Source: Terriglobia bacterium (lineage in GTDB: Bacteria > Acidobacteriota > Terriglobia > 2-12-FULL-54-10). Taken from it: a stretch of DNA of 64,000 nucleotides. Positions 30,016 through 39,953 of the stretch are shown piece by piece. Numbering within the stretch: the stretch's first letter is position 1; each line of letters starts with the position of its first letter. The notes under the pieces were generated by a model. It searched no databases and was not told the origin of the DNA. It saw only the letters and a list, made by a program, of their open reading frames with translations. Both the position numbers and the translations under genes were made by a program. The stretch spans positions 7,331-71,330 of the forward strand of contig CAXVYQ010000004.1 in the NCBI GenBank assembly GCA_963662495.2. Reading direction: 5' to 3'.

Positions 30016-31125
30016 ATGAAGGAAATCTACCGCGCCGATCACCTGGGCAGTCTGTTGCGCCCCCCGGAGATTCTTGAGGCCCGCAGACGGGCAGCTGAGG
30101 TGCCGGAGCAACGGCACGCCCTCAAGGAACTGGAAGACCGTCATATTCTGCGCGTTCTCTCGCGCCAGAAAGATCTCGGATTCCATATCTTCACCGACGG
30201 GGAGCTACGTCGTAATACGTTCATGAGCGACTTCATCGATGCGGTCGACGGGTTCGATACAGCCGACGAAATAGCCCGCACCTGGCAGGGAGATGAAGAC
30301 GATCAACCGGCCGTCAGCTCCATCACCGGTATCGTTACCAGAAAGCTGACCCCGCACCGCCGCCTCACCAGCCGCGAAGTGGAGTTCCTGAAGCAGCACG
30401 CTCCTGGAAACATCAAGATCACCCTGCCCAGCGCCACGCAGTTTCCCGCCATCGCCTTCAAGGATGGCATCACCGACCGCGTCTATCCGGACCGTGTCGC
30501 GCTTTTATGGGATATCGTCGAAATCATGAAGGCCGAGCTTGCAAAGCTCACCGCTGAAGGCGTCTCCTACATCCAGATTGACGCTCCGCGCTACAGCTAT
30601 TACCTCGACCCCCGGTGGCGGGAATGGATTCGCAAGGAAATGCACCGCGAGCCTGACGACCTGCTCGCCGAATCGCTTCGCGCCGACAACGAATGCCTGA
30701 AGGCCGCGCGGGCCGCCGGCGTAACGCTTGGCTTTCACCTCTGCCGCGGCAACAACCGCAGCCAGTGGTACTCACAGGGCGGCTATGACGCCGTGGCCGA
30801 GCAGATGTTCAACACGCTCCAGACCGACCGCTGGCTGCTCGAATATGACGATGAACGCTCCGGCACCTTTGAACCGCTGCGCTTCATTCCCGCCGGCGCC
30901 ACGGTGGTTCTAGGTCTCATCAGCAGCAAAACGCCCCGGCTCGAAGATTCCGACGTGCTGGCTCGCCGCGTGGAGGAGGCCTCGCGCTACGTCCCGCTCG
31001 AGAACCTGGCCCTCAGCCCGCAGTGCGGCTTTGCTTCCACGGCCGAGGGCAACCTGCTCACCGAAGACGAGCAATGGGCCAAACTCGAGCTCGTCGCCGA
31101 CACCGCCGCCCAAATCTGGAAGTAG
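30016..31125 (+). CDS. Cobalamin-independent methionine synthase II family protein (YxjG/H-like)
   Basis: Own RBS AAGGAGG. RADHLGSLLRP, TDGELRR, HLCRGN, LEYDDERSG, LSPQCGFAS. Confidence 0.88.
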   Translation: MKEIYRADHLGSLLRPPEILEARRRAAEVPEQRHALKELEDRHILRVLSRQKDLGFHIFTDGELRRNTFMSDFIDAVDGFDTADEIARTWQGDEDDQPAVSSITGIVTRKLTPHRRLTSREVEFLKQHAPGNIKITLPSATQFPAIAFKDGITDRVYPDRVALLWDIVEIMKAELAKLTAEGVSYIQIDAPRYSYYLDPRWREWIRKEMHREPDDLLAESLRADNECLKAARAAGVTLGFHLCRGNNRSQWYSQGGYDAVAEQMFNTLQTDRWLLEYDDERSGTFEPLRFIPAGATVVLGLISSKTPRLEDSDVLARRVEEASRYVPLENLALSPQCGFASTAEGNLLTEDEQWAKLELVADTAAQIWK

Positions 31126-31147
31126 AAACGAACGAAAGGAAACCATC

Positions 31148-32062
31148 GTGCCAATTCCAGATTTTCAATCCATCATGCTCCCTCTGTTAGAACTGGCCTC
31201 TGATGGCAAGGAACATACCCTTCGAGAGAGCCGGGAAATTCTGGCCCAAGAATTCAATCTTTCGGATAAAGAAAAAGACGAGCTATTGCCAAGCGGCCGG
31301 CAGCCAATATTTACCAATCGCGTGTCCTGGTCAAAAGTCTATCTTACTCAGGCGGGACTGCTGCAATCACGAGGTCGAGGACTTTTCCAAATTACTGAGC
31401 AAGGCAGAAAACATCTCCGCGCGCAACCAGAGAAAATTTCAGTCAAGCTGCTTGAACAGTATCCAAACTTTTTCGAATTCAGGTATGGGCCACACAAAGG
31501 CACGAAGAATGCCGACAGGTCTACTCCAACTGAAGATATAAGTCAGACTCCTGAGGAAGTTCTGGAAATTGCTCATCAAAGACTCGGCAGCGAATTAGCT
31601 ACCGATGTACTTGCACTTGTGAAAAATTCGAGTCCCCAGTTTTTTGAAAAGCTGGTCGTTGAAGTTCTTCTAAGCATGGGCTACGGAGGGTCGAGAAAAG
31701 AGGCCGGAGCCGCCATTGGAAAAGCCGACGACGAGGGCATTGACGGAGTTATCAATGAAGATCGGCTGGGTCTTGATGTTATTTATATACAGGCTAAGAA
31801 ATGGGATTCTTCGGTTGGACGGCCCGAAATTCAGAAATTTGTTGGCGCACTCCATGGGAAGAACTCAAGGAAAGGTGTTTTCATCACTACCGGCACGTTT
31901 ACCTCCGGAGCGATCGATTATGCCGGAAGAATTGAGCCTAAGGTCGTTCTTATCAACGGAAAGCACCTTGCAGAATTTATGATCGATTTCAATGTTGGCG
32001 TTATTCCTGTTGCCACTTACCCAGTGAAACGCGTCGATTCCGATTTCTTCAACGAAGATTGA
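31148..32062 (+). CDS. mrr: Mrr type IV restriction endonuclease
   Basis: IPDFQSIM.PLL N-domain, FFEKLVV, DEGIDG, YIQAKKW. Visibly lower GC than the flanks. Confidence 0.92.
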   Translation: MPIPDFQSIMLPLLELASDGKEHTLRESREILAQEFNLSDKEKDELLPSGRQPIFTNRVSWSKVYLTQAGLLQSRGRGLFQITEQGRKHLRAQPEKISVKLLEQYPNFFEFRYGPHKGTKNADRSTPTEDISQTPEEVLEIAHQRLGSELATDVLALVKNSSPQFFEKLVVEVLLSMGYGGSRKEAGAAIGKADDEGIDGVINEDRLGLDVIYIQAKKWDSSVGRPEIQKFVGALHGKNSRKGVFITTGTFTSGAIDYAGRIEPKVVLINGKHLAEFMIDFNVGVIPVATYPVKRVDSDFFNED

Positions 32063-32153
32063 AACTTTTACCGGGGAGCGAGGCAGATGGAAACTCTCGC
32101 CCCCTCCTGCCTAGCCCCAGATTTCCATTTACCAAGCCTCTGGTCCCACTCGC

Positions 32154-32819
32154 CTAATTCGTCGCGAAGCAGTAGAACAGCCCGTCGCCGCCCGAGCCCC
32201 GCAGGTTCTCCTGGCTGCATCCGCGGCTCGGATGCGCCGAGTTCCAGGAGGTGTTGCCCCCGCCCTGGCGGTCGTGATGGCCCACCTGCGCCGATCCTTC
32301 GCCGCTCGGTGACGTCGAGTCGGTCCAGTTATTGCAGGTATGATCCGCGCTGCCCATGTACGCCCGTCCCAGCGAGTTGGAGCCGGTCAGGATGTCGTGC
32401 CGGTTCGGCGTATCGCCCCGCCCATTGACGACTTCGCCCTTCTCGTTGACCCCCGTCGCCTTGTGCAGGTTGTTCCGGTCGCGCTCGAAATCCCCGTGCA
32501 GGTCCGCCACGTTATCCGCGATCTTTTCGCCCTTCGCGTTGTGCCACGGCCCGCCGCCGATCCGGTCCCGCGCATTCACTGCGCCGGGACCCTGCGTGCT
32601 CAGATAGGCCTGCCACGTCCGTCCACCGGCTCCGGCCGCCTCGGCCAGGTTCTGACAATGCGCGTCGGCCCCGGCCAGCCCGCCCAGGTTCGCTCCGTTG
32701 CCCGGACCCACGCTGGTAACGAAAAACGTCATCGGCGCCTGCTGTTCCTGCGCCACGGCTCCGGTCGTTGCCAGCAACCCCAGCGCGATCACTCCCACCA
32801 CAACGTGAAACTTTTTCAT
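32154..32819 (-). CDS. Secreted lectin/endostatin-like protein
   Basis: Signal peptide, FFVTS, GGLAGADAHCQ, WQAYLS, CNNWT, LFYCFA. Confidence 0.7.
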   Translation of the reverse strand: MKKFHVVVGVIALGLLATTGAVAQEQQAPMTFFVTSVGPGNGANLGGLAGADAHCQNLAEAAGAGGRTWQAYLSTQGPGAVNARDRIGGGPWHNAKGEKIADNVADLHGDFERDRNNLHKATGVNEKGEVVNGRGDTPNRHDILTGSNSLGRAYMGSADHTCNNWTDSTSPSGEGSAQVGHHDRQGGGNTSWNSAHPSRGCSQENLRGSGGDGLFYCFATN

Positions 32820-33079
32820 CTCGTCTCTACCTCCCGCATATTTTCCATGATTTTTTCAACGATACTTTCCATGCCATCTCCGATGCCACTCCGATGATAA
32901 CCACCGGCTATCGACCGAACTCACTGTTTGCCAGCCTACCATGATTGCTGCTTCAATCCCCATGCCCGTGCGTATAATTGCCTTCAGCGGATAGGACCAA
33001 ACACGTCCGCTGGAACCGAAGCATTTTGCCCGGTCCTGCTGCCACTTGCCGTGCAACGAATGGAAGAGGGTATTCCCCC

Positions 33080-34162
33080 ATGCGACGGATGAAACAAATG
33101 AGACAAATGCGACAGACCGCATTTCCGCTGTTGGCCCTGCTAACAATTTTCCTGATCGCCCCCGCCCTCGCCACCGCCCAGGACGCGCCTCCTCCCACCG
33201 GTTACGCGGTCAAGAAACCCGTTCTCGGCGGCGCCTGTCCCATGTGTCCCTGGGGCGCGATGGCCGAAGTCGTCCGGGAAGCCATGGCCACTTACGGATG
33301 GGATATCCAGATCTGCTACGTCTGCGCCGGGGGGCCGCGGGAGGCCCGCATGGTCGCAGGCGCCATGATGCCCGAGCCTAGGGGCGGCGAGGCCGGCGAA
33401 CTCCCCCTGCCCGCTGGCCCCGTCGACTTCGGCGTTACCGGCTCGCAGTTTCTCCAGTGGGCCTACCTCGGCATCGACGTCTTTGCCAGCGACCCTGAGG
33501 GCCCTCGCAAGAATCTGCGCCTGGTCGCCAACATTCAGGAGCCCACTTACCTCATCGTCGCCGTAAAAGCGGACTCGCCCATCAATAACCTCAGCGAGAT
33601 CGTCGAGAAGCGCGTGCCCGTCAACCTCGTCGCTCGCACCAGCATCGGCGGCGGCATCACTCCGACGATTCTTTCCTATTACGGAATCTCGCAGGAGCGT
33701 ATCGAATCCTTCGGCGGTTCCTTTTCCACCGTCTATGACCGGGACAAGGACGCGGACGTCATCATCGGATTCGGTTCGCTGGTCAATGCTCCCGAATACA
33801 ACCTTTTCTACCAGCTCAGCCAGATCCACGATCTCCGCTACCTGGAACTAGCCCCGGACCTGCGCTCCAAACTTGCCCGCGACCTCTATCTCGAACAGGT
33901 GGAGATTCCCCACGGCCTGTTCCGCGGCCTCGACCGCTCCATCCCTACAGTGGCCCGCACTGGCACGGTCATCTATGGCCGCGACGACATGCCGGATGAG
34001 TTCGCCTATACGCTCGCCAGGGCCATGGACCTGCACCAGGACCTGCTCCAGTGGACGCACATGAACTTCTCCTATAATCCCCACACCGTCTGGAAGGCTT
34101 TCGACGTTCCGCTGCACTCCGGTGCTGAACGGTACTATCGGGAGGTCGGCTACATGAAGTAA
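33080..34162 (+). CDS. TAXI family TRAP solute-binding protein with two CxxC motifs
   Basis: Signal peptide, NLRLVANI, DMPDEFAYTLA and C-terminal VPLHSGAERYYREVG. Confidence 0.75.
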   Translation: MRRMKQMRQMRQTAFPLLALLTIFLIAPALATAQDAPPPTGYAVKKPVLGGACPMCPWGAMAEVVREAMATYGWDIQICYVCAGGPREARMVAGAMMPEPRGGEAGELPLPAGPVDFGVTGSQFLQWAYLGIDVFASDPEGPRKNLRLVANIQEPTYLIVAVKADSPINNLSEIVEKRVPVNLVARTSIGGGITPTILSYYGISQERIESFGGSFSTVYDRDKDADVIIGFGSLVNAPEYNLFYQLSQIHDLRYLELAPDLRSKLARDLYLEQVEIPHGLFRGLDRSIPTVARTGTVIYGRDDMPDEFAYTLARAMDLHQDLLQWTHMNFSYNPHTVWKAFDVPLHSGAERYYREVGYMK

Positions 34163-34253
34163 CCCCGCCCGCGTCTCGCTGTCACTGACTTTCTCTGGCA
34201 ACACCGGTTCTGAACAATTGCACGATTCAGAGTGTTAGAATGGCCACACGAAG

Positions 34254-35072
34254 ATGACGAATCACTGGGCGCATCGCCGGAACATCACCCTGAAAACAGC
34301 CACCGTCTTGCTCATCGCCTGCCTGCTCGCGGCCGTCGCCAGCAGCCAGATCCGTTACCGCCGCCTGAACGTTCCCGGCGAGCCGGAGGCCGAGTTCCAT
34401 CTGGGCCGCATGGCCTACAGCACCCGCGGTGGCGGGGGTGGCTCCCGCGGTTTTTTCAACCGCTATTGGGCCATCGACTATCCCATGGCCGAGGTGCATT
34501 TCCTTCCCGCGCTGCGCCGGCTCACCGGCATCTTCGTCGCCGAGGACAGCGTCCATGTGGAAGCTACTGACGACCGCATTTTCGACTACCCGTTTCTCTT
34601 CGTTCAGCAGGTCGGCCAGGGCAACTGGAACCCCACGGAAGAGGAGGCCGCCCGTCTCCGCGAATACCTGCTGCGTGGAGGTTTTCTGCTCTTCGATGAC
34701 TTTCACGGTGAGATTGACTGGATCGTCTTCGAGTCCGCCATCCGCCGCATCCTTCCCGGCCGGCCCATCGTCGAGATCCCGGACGACGACCCCATGATGC
34801 ACGTCTTTTTCGACCTCGGCGACCGCATCCAGATCCCCGGCCAGCGGCACCTGCGCATGTCGCGCGGAGGCGAGGTCGTTGCGAGGATGCAGGGCGAGCC
34901 GCACTGGCGCGGCATCTACGACGACCACGGCCGTCTCATCGTCGGCATCAATTTCAACATCGACATGGGCGATGCCTGGGAGCACGCCGACGATGCCTGG
35001 TACCCGTCCTCGATGACCACGCTTGCCTATCGCCTAGGGGTCAACTACGTCCTCTACGCCATGACGCATTGA
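34254..35072 (+). CDS. DUF4159 domain protein
   Basis: WAIDYP.AE, LREYLLRGGFL.FDDF, DMGDAWEHAD, LGVNYVLYAMTH. Confidence 0.85.
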   Translation: MTNHWAHRRNITLKTATVLLIACLLAAVASSQIRYRRLNVPGEPEAEFHLGRMAYSTRGGGGGSRGFFNRYWAIDYPMAEVHFLPALRRLTGIFVAEDSVHVEATDDRIFDYPFLFVQQVGQGNWNPTEEEAARLREYLLRGGFLLFDDFHGEIDWIVFESAIRRILPGRPIVEIPDDDPMMHVFFDLGDRIQIPGQRHLRMSRGGEVVARMQGEPHWRGIYDDHGRLIVGINFNIDMGDAWEHADDAWYPSSMTTLAYRLGVNYVLYAMTH

Positions 35073-35224
35073 ACGGTCCGGTCCCGCGCCGGGCGACCCG
35101 TGCGGGCTTGTCGCAATCAGCAACCAGACTGTTGTTGCTCTCTCCCTGCTCGCACGGTAAAATTTTCCAGTCGGCATTATGATGATTGCACGACCCCGCG
35201 CCGAATCCATCTCAGGAGGAAACC

Positions 35225-36007
35225 ATGTCCATCGCCTGTCCCGTTGATCTCGATACCGAGATGCTCCGCAGCGAGGTTTCCAGCATGTATACCCGGGTCG
35301 CGCAGACCCCGGACGGTGACTTTCATTTCCACCGCGGCCCCACCTACGCCGCCGAATACCTTGGCTACGACGGAGCCGAACTAGCCGCTCTGCCCGCCGA
35401 AACGACGCGTTCGTTTGCCGGCGTCGGCAACCCCACCGCCATCGCTCCGATCCAGCCGGGCGAGACGGTTCTCGACATCGGCTGTGGCGCCGGCATGGAC
35501 CTGCTGCTGGCCGCCCGCCGCGTGGGCCCCACCGGACGCGCCATCGGCGTGGATATGACCGAGCCCATGGCGCAGCGCGCCCGCGACTCGGCCGCCGCCA
35601 TCGGCCTCGCTCACGTCGAGGTCCGCTCCACCGATGCCACCGCGCTGCCCTTTGACGACGATTCCATCGATGTCGTCATCTCAAACGGCGTGCTGAATCT
35701 CGTCCCGGAAAAAGAGCAGGCCTTCGCGGAAATTTTTCGCGTCCTGCGCCCCGGCGGCCGTCTCCAGCTTGCCGATATCATCGTCGAAGAGGAGCTCTCC
35801 GACGACATCCGCAGTAACGTCGATCTGTGGGCCAGCTGAATCGGCGGCGCTCTGCCGGAGGCGGAGCTGATCGGCTATCTGAATGATCTGGGTTTTGTTG
35901 ATGTGGAATTGAAGACGCGATTCGACTGCTTCCGCGATACCTCGAAGGAACGCACCGCTCGCCGGTACGGTGTCCGCGGCGCCAACATCCTCGCCGTCAA
36001 GCTCTGA
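35225..36007 (+). CDS. ArsM-like SAM-dependent methyltransferase, probable selenoprotein (TGA 35837-35839)
   Basis: VLDIGCGAG and DVVISNGVLNL. LWAS-[TGA]-IGGAL matches the ArsM W-x-x-C-I-x-G-A motif, and the frame stays open 55 more codons. Confidence 0.85.
35840..35872 (+). promoter_or_regulatory. SECIS-like hairpin
   Basis: GCTCTGCC-GGA-GGCGGAGC stem-loop at 35849-35867, with the apical G 18 nt after the TGA. Confidence 0.65.
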
Positions 36008-36130
36008 TCGCCTTCAGACCGGCGTCTGACCCGGTAATTCAACCCGGTGACACATCCTTACCGAAGTCGAACTGCTCGGCGTTGCTCTTCTCATTCGTTC
36101 AGGGGTAATCTGAGGATAGGAGAAACCCTC

Positions 36131-36334
36131 ATGAAGCTTCAAATAATTCTTGAGCCCAGCGACGAAGGCGGCTTCACCGCCACCGTGCCTTCCCTGCCCG
36201 GCTGCATCAGTGAAGGCGACACCCGCCAGCACGCTCTGGCCAATATCGAGGAAGCGATCCGCCTCTACCTTGAACCCTTGGACAAAGGAGAGGAGCTCTC
36301 CCCGGACGCCGAAATCATCGAGCTTGCTCTGTGA
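36131..36334 (+). CDS. hicB: HicB family antitoxin
   Basis: GGFTATVPSLPGCISEGDT...ALANIEEAI. Confidence 0.9.
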   Translation: MKLQIILEPSDEGGFTATVPSLPGCISEGDTRQHALANIEEAIRLYLEPLDKGEELSPDAEIIELAL

Positions 36335-36558
36335 CCAAGGTTCCGAGTCTGGGGTTTGACAGAGTGATTCGGGCGCTGCACCGGGATGGCTGGCAAACAG
36401 TTCGCCAGCGCGGCAGCCACATGCGCCTGGAAAAGGAGCTCCCCGATGCGCTACTCAAGCTGACCATCCCCGCCCATCGCCCCATCAAAAGATCCACCTT
36501 GGCCCAAATATTGAAACAGGCCCGCATCACTCTGGAAAAATTCCAGGATCTGCTCTAA
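36331..36558 (+). CDS. hicA: HicA family toxin
   Basis: GW..VRQRGSH and IPAH..IKRSTL..ILKQA. Overlaps hicB by GTGA. Confidence 0.9.
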   Translation: MTKVPSLGFDRVIRALHRDGWQTVRQRGSHMRLEKELPDALLKLTIPAHRPIKRSTLAQILKQARITLEKFQDLL

Positions 36559-36583
36559 CCGCAATCCGAACCTATTACCCGAC

Positions 36584-37705
36584 CTAATCCATGCGCGGCA
36601 GCACGGCGGGCTTGATCTCCTTCAGCGCCGCCATGTTTTCGAGCGCCTCGTTCACGTCTTCCAGGGCATAGCGGTTCGTAATCATCCGGCTGAAGTCGAA
36701 CCGCTCGGCGTTGCTCTCGAGGAACCGCAGCGCCTTGTAGAAATGCGCCACGGATGCTGACACCACGCCGATCATCTCCACCATGTCCTTGTTGATGCGT
36801 CGCGGCGAGAAGCTCACGTCTCGTCCGCCCGTCGTCCCGATCACCAGGAACCTGCCACCGCGCCGCACCATCTGGAGACCCTCCTCGAAAGCCGATGGAG
36901 GTCCCGCCGCCTCGATCACGATGTCCGCGCCGCGCCCCTCGGTCCACCGCTTCACCATCTCGATGCGCTCGCGCCCGTCCGTTACCTCGTCCAGGTTGAT
37001 CGTCTCGGTCGCGCCCCACTCCCGCGCCAGCTCCACCCGCAGTTGCGGCGCTCCGATCGAGATGGTCTGTCCCGCCCCGGAGGCCATCGCCATCGCCAGC
37101 GCGTAGAGTCCCACCGGCCCGGTGCCCAGCACGGCGATCGTCGGCTGCACCCCGATCCCGCCATGCTGATCCAGCCGCTCGAAGCCGTGGACCACCGTCC
37201 GCAACGCGCAGGTCGCCGAGGAGGCCACCTCGCTCCCGACCCCGTCGGGCACCTTCACCGGACGGCACTCCGGCAGGATGTAGCAGTAGTCGGCGAATCC
37301 CCCGCAGAGGTATGGATACTTCTCCGCGCTGCGCCACCCGTTCATCTTCGCGTTCGGGCACAGCGACGGCTGCCGCGCGATGGTGCAGTAATAGCATTTG
37401 CCGCACCAGGGATAGGCCCACACGATGCGGTCGCCCGCCTGGAGCGGGGCATCGGCAGCGTCGCGCGCCACGCCCTCGCCCAGCGCCGCCACGCGCCCCA
37501 CCATCTCGTGCCCCAGTCCCACGGGCCACTCCGGCTGCAGATCGCCGTGGAGCATGTGGACATCCGTTCCACAGACCGTCGCCGCCACCACCTCGGCCAC
37601 TATGGCCCCCGGCTCGGGCGGCAGGATCTCGATCTCGCGTATCTCCACCGGCTCGCGCGGCGCCCGCAACACCGCCGCCCGGCTCGTCTTAGGCAACTCA
37701 TCCAT
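36584..37705 (-). CDS. Zinc-dependent alcohol dehydrogenase (MDR family)
   Basis: VCGTD, GHE, CGKCYYC-x7-C and GTGPVG. Confidence 0.92.
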   Translation of the reverse strand: MDELPKTSRAAVLRAPREPVEIREIEILPPEPGAIVAEVVAATVCGTDVHMLHGDLQPEWPVGLGHEMVGRVAALGEGVARDAADAPLQAGDRIVWAYPWCGKCYYCTIARQPSLCPNAKMNGWRSAEKYPYLCGGFADYCYILPECRPVKVPDGVGSEVASSATCALRTVVHGFERLDQHGGIGVQPTIAVLGTGPVGLYALAMAMASGAGQTISIGAPQLRVELAREWGATETINLDEVTDGRERIEMVKRWTEGRGADIVIEAAGPPSAFEEGLQMVRRGGRFLVIGTTGGRDVSFSPRRINKDMVEMIGVVSASVAHFYKALRFLESNAERFDFSRMITNRYALEDVNEALENMAALKEIKPAVLPRMD

Positions 37706-37810
37706 TTCCGTTCACCCTCCGTTCCTCCGGATTCACACCTACATTCAGAAAATTACTATCGCTGCTATATGTAACCCTGGAGAAATAACGAATTCTATTC
37801 TCTCTGCAAG

Positions 37811-39546
37811 CTACTCCGGCAATGCAAACACGTAAATCTCATTGTGCCCGCGCGGCGGCTTGATCTCCGGCACCACGTCCAGCGGCCCCCGCGTCCCGGA
37901 CGCGCCGTCACCCGTCATCACCGCCACGTATTGTTTCCCGTCCACCGCGTAGCTGATCGTGCTGTTCTGGATGATGCCTCCCAGGATCGACTCCCACAGA
38001 ATCTCGCCCGTATCGGCATCGAAGGCCCGGAACCGCCGGTTCATATCTCCCCAGAAGAGCAGGTCGCCGGCCGTTGCCAGCATCGCCCCTTACCCGGAGC
38101 GCGCTGCGAATAGAGCCGCTCCACCTTCGCGATCACAGCGTATGCATTCGGATCAGCCCCCGGCCGCAGCACTCCCACCCTCGGCCCGTTGCCGTTCACC
38201 GTATCCGGGTTCGCCGTCGTATCCACGCATTGGTCATGATAGGGAATAAACAACGCGTTCTTGCCGGGATGATACGCCATGGGCCAGTAGCTCTTCGTAT
38301 TGTGAAAGCACATGATGTGGCGGTCTTCCCAGCTCTTGATGACCACGTCCCAGTTCATATACGTCTTGCCTGTCTCCACGTCGATGCGCTGTATATGAAA
38401 CTCCGGCACATCGTGCGGGAACGGCGTAGCCCACAGGAACTCTCCGTCCTCCGGGTCGTTCACCCAGATGCCGCCAGGCTCTCCCAATGACACCACGATC
38501 TCGCGCTCCTCACGCTGCTTCACCCGCGGGTTGATCCATTTCACGGCCTCGGCGTCCGGACTCATTCGCGTCCGCAGCAGGATGCGCTCCTGCGTATGGT
38601 CGGCATCCCAGTCGTCCCCCGGCAGGTGTTGGTAGTACCACTTCAGCTCGCCGGTCCCGAGGTCCAGCGCCACCGTGGAGTTGCTGTAGAGATCGGCCGG
38701 GGCGGAACGCGGGATGTCATCGATGTCGCCGCCGTGCCGCTTCAGCCGCGTGTGCGGAGCCGGGTTGGCGATCCCCCAGTAGAGCAGATTCCGCGCCGGG
38801 TCATAGGCTCCCGGCAAACCCCAGGGTGTCGCCGATCTTTTATCGAACGGCACGGTCCCCCAGGTCTCATCCCCCGGCTCGCCCGGGCCGGGAGTAGTGA
38901 AAAACCTCCATACCTCATCGCCCGTCCGCCCGTCAAAGGCCGCGATACAGTCCCGCCCGTCGCCGCATCCGGTCAGCCCCGCGACGACCTTGTCGCCGAA
39001 TGCCTTCGGACCGGAGCTGGAAAACGGCGCCGCCTTCTCCCATCGCACCTTCCCCGTGCGCGCATCCAGCGCCACCATGGTCCGGTCGGGTGAGGAGTAG
39101 ACCACCAGATCCTCGATCAGCGCAATCGTCCGCCCGGCCCTGCCTCCGCGCTCCATCTTGCGCTGGTAATCCCAGATCAGGTCGCCGTTGGTTGCGTCCA
39201 GCGCCTGCATCCCTCCGGGGTTCGCCACGAACAGGACGCCGTCGTGCACCAGCGGGATGTGCTCATGAATTCCTGGGGAGAGTCCCCGGGACCATGCCAG
39301 CCGCAACTGATCCGCGTTCCGCCGGTTGATCTGATCCAGCGGACTGAACCGCTGGTTGTCATAGGTCCGGCTGTACGTCAGCCAGTCGTCGGGGCTCGGC
39401 TCCAGCAGCATCGGCGCTGTTACCGGCTCGTAGTCGGGCGCCTGCGCCCACAACTCCGCCACCACCGCGCTCATCAGGATCGCGCTGGTCAGCACTCCTG
39501 TACGAATGCCTGTCTGCATGCCTGTCCGCATGATAGTTCTGATCAT
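37811..39546 (-). CDS. PQQ-dependent dehydrogenase family protein, frameshifted near 38090
   Basis: Signal peptide, RFSPLDQIN, ALDARTGKVRW and WYYQHLPGDDWDAD. The C-terminus MLATAGDLLFWGD...GKQYVAV lies in another frame. Confidence 0.8.
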
Positions 39547-39854
39547 TTCGATCCCTCCCTCGCACTGCCTGCTCCGCCCGTCCCCCGCAGATTCCCCGCG
39601 GCAACCCCGCAGCATCTCCGCGGCATACGCGCGGCAGACCCGCGGCATCATTGGTGCCCCAAAGTCTACCTCACCCCGCCCGCTTCGCAACCCCCTCGCT
39701 GAGAAGATTCCCCCCACCCCACCCGCCGCACGGGCCGCATCCTCACCACCCCATTCAAACTGTCGGTTGCTTGAATGCTTTCTACCTCTCTGCCGAAGGC
39801 CCGAGCGGAGCCGCGCAGCGGCACAGCGAGCGCCACCTCACACACTCCCGCCCT

Positions 39855-39917
39855 CCCATGCAGTGTGAGCCGCCCCGCAAGGGGCGATGCGAACCATTGG
39901 CCGGCACGCAGTGCCCT
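39855..39917 (+). repeat. REP-like interspersed repeat with GCCCC-GCAA-GGGGC hairpin, copy 1
   Basis: Near-identical to 41954-42013, with a partial copy at 41555-41570. Confidence 0.6.
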
Positions 39918-39953
39918 GGACGCCGCCCCTGAGCCAGTCTATCCTGTAGGTAT

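Noticed and set aside
35837-35839. Genome-wide TGA reassignment to Trp or Gly
   Set aside because: TGA ends many ordinary genes here. Apparent readthrough occurs only at two conserved Cys positions followed by hairpins.
39855-39917. Group II intron domain V or a tRNA
   Set aside because: No convincing domain V stem or cloverleaf, and no reverse transcriptase nearby.
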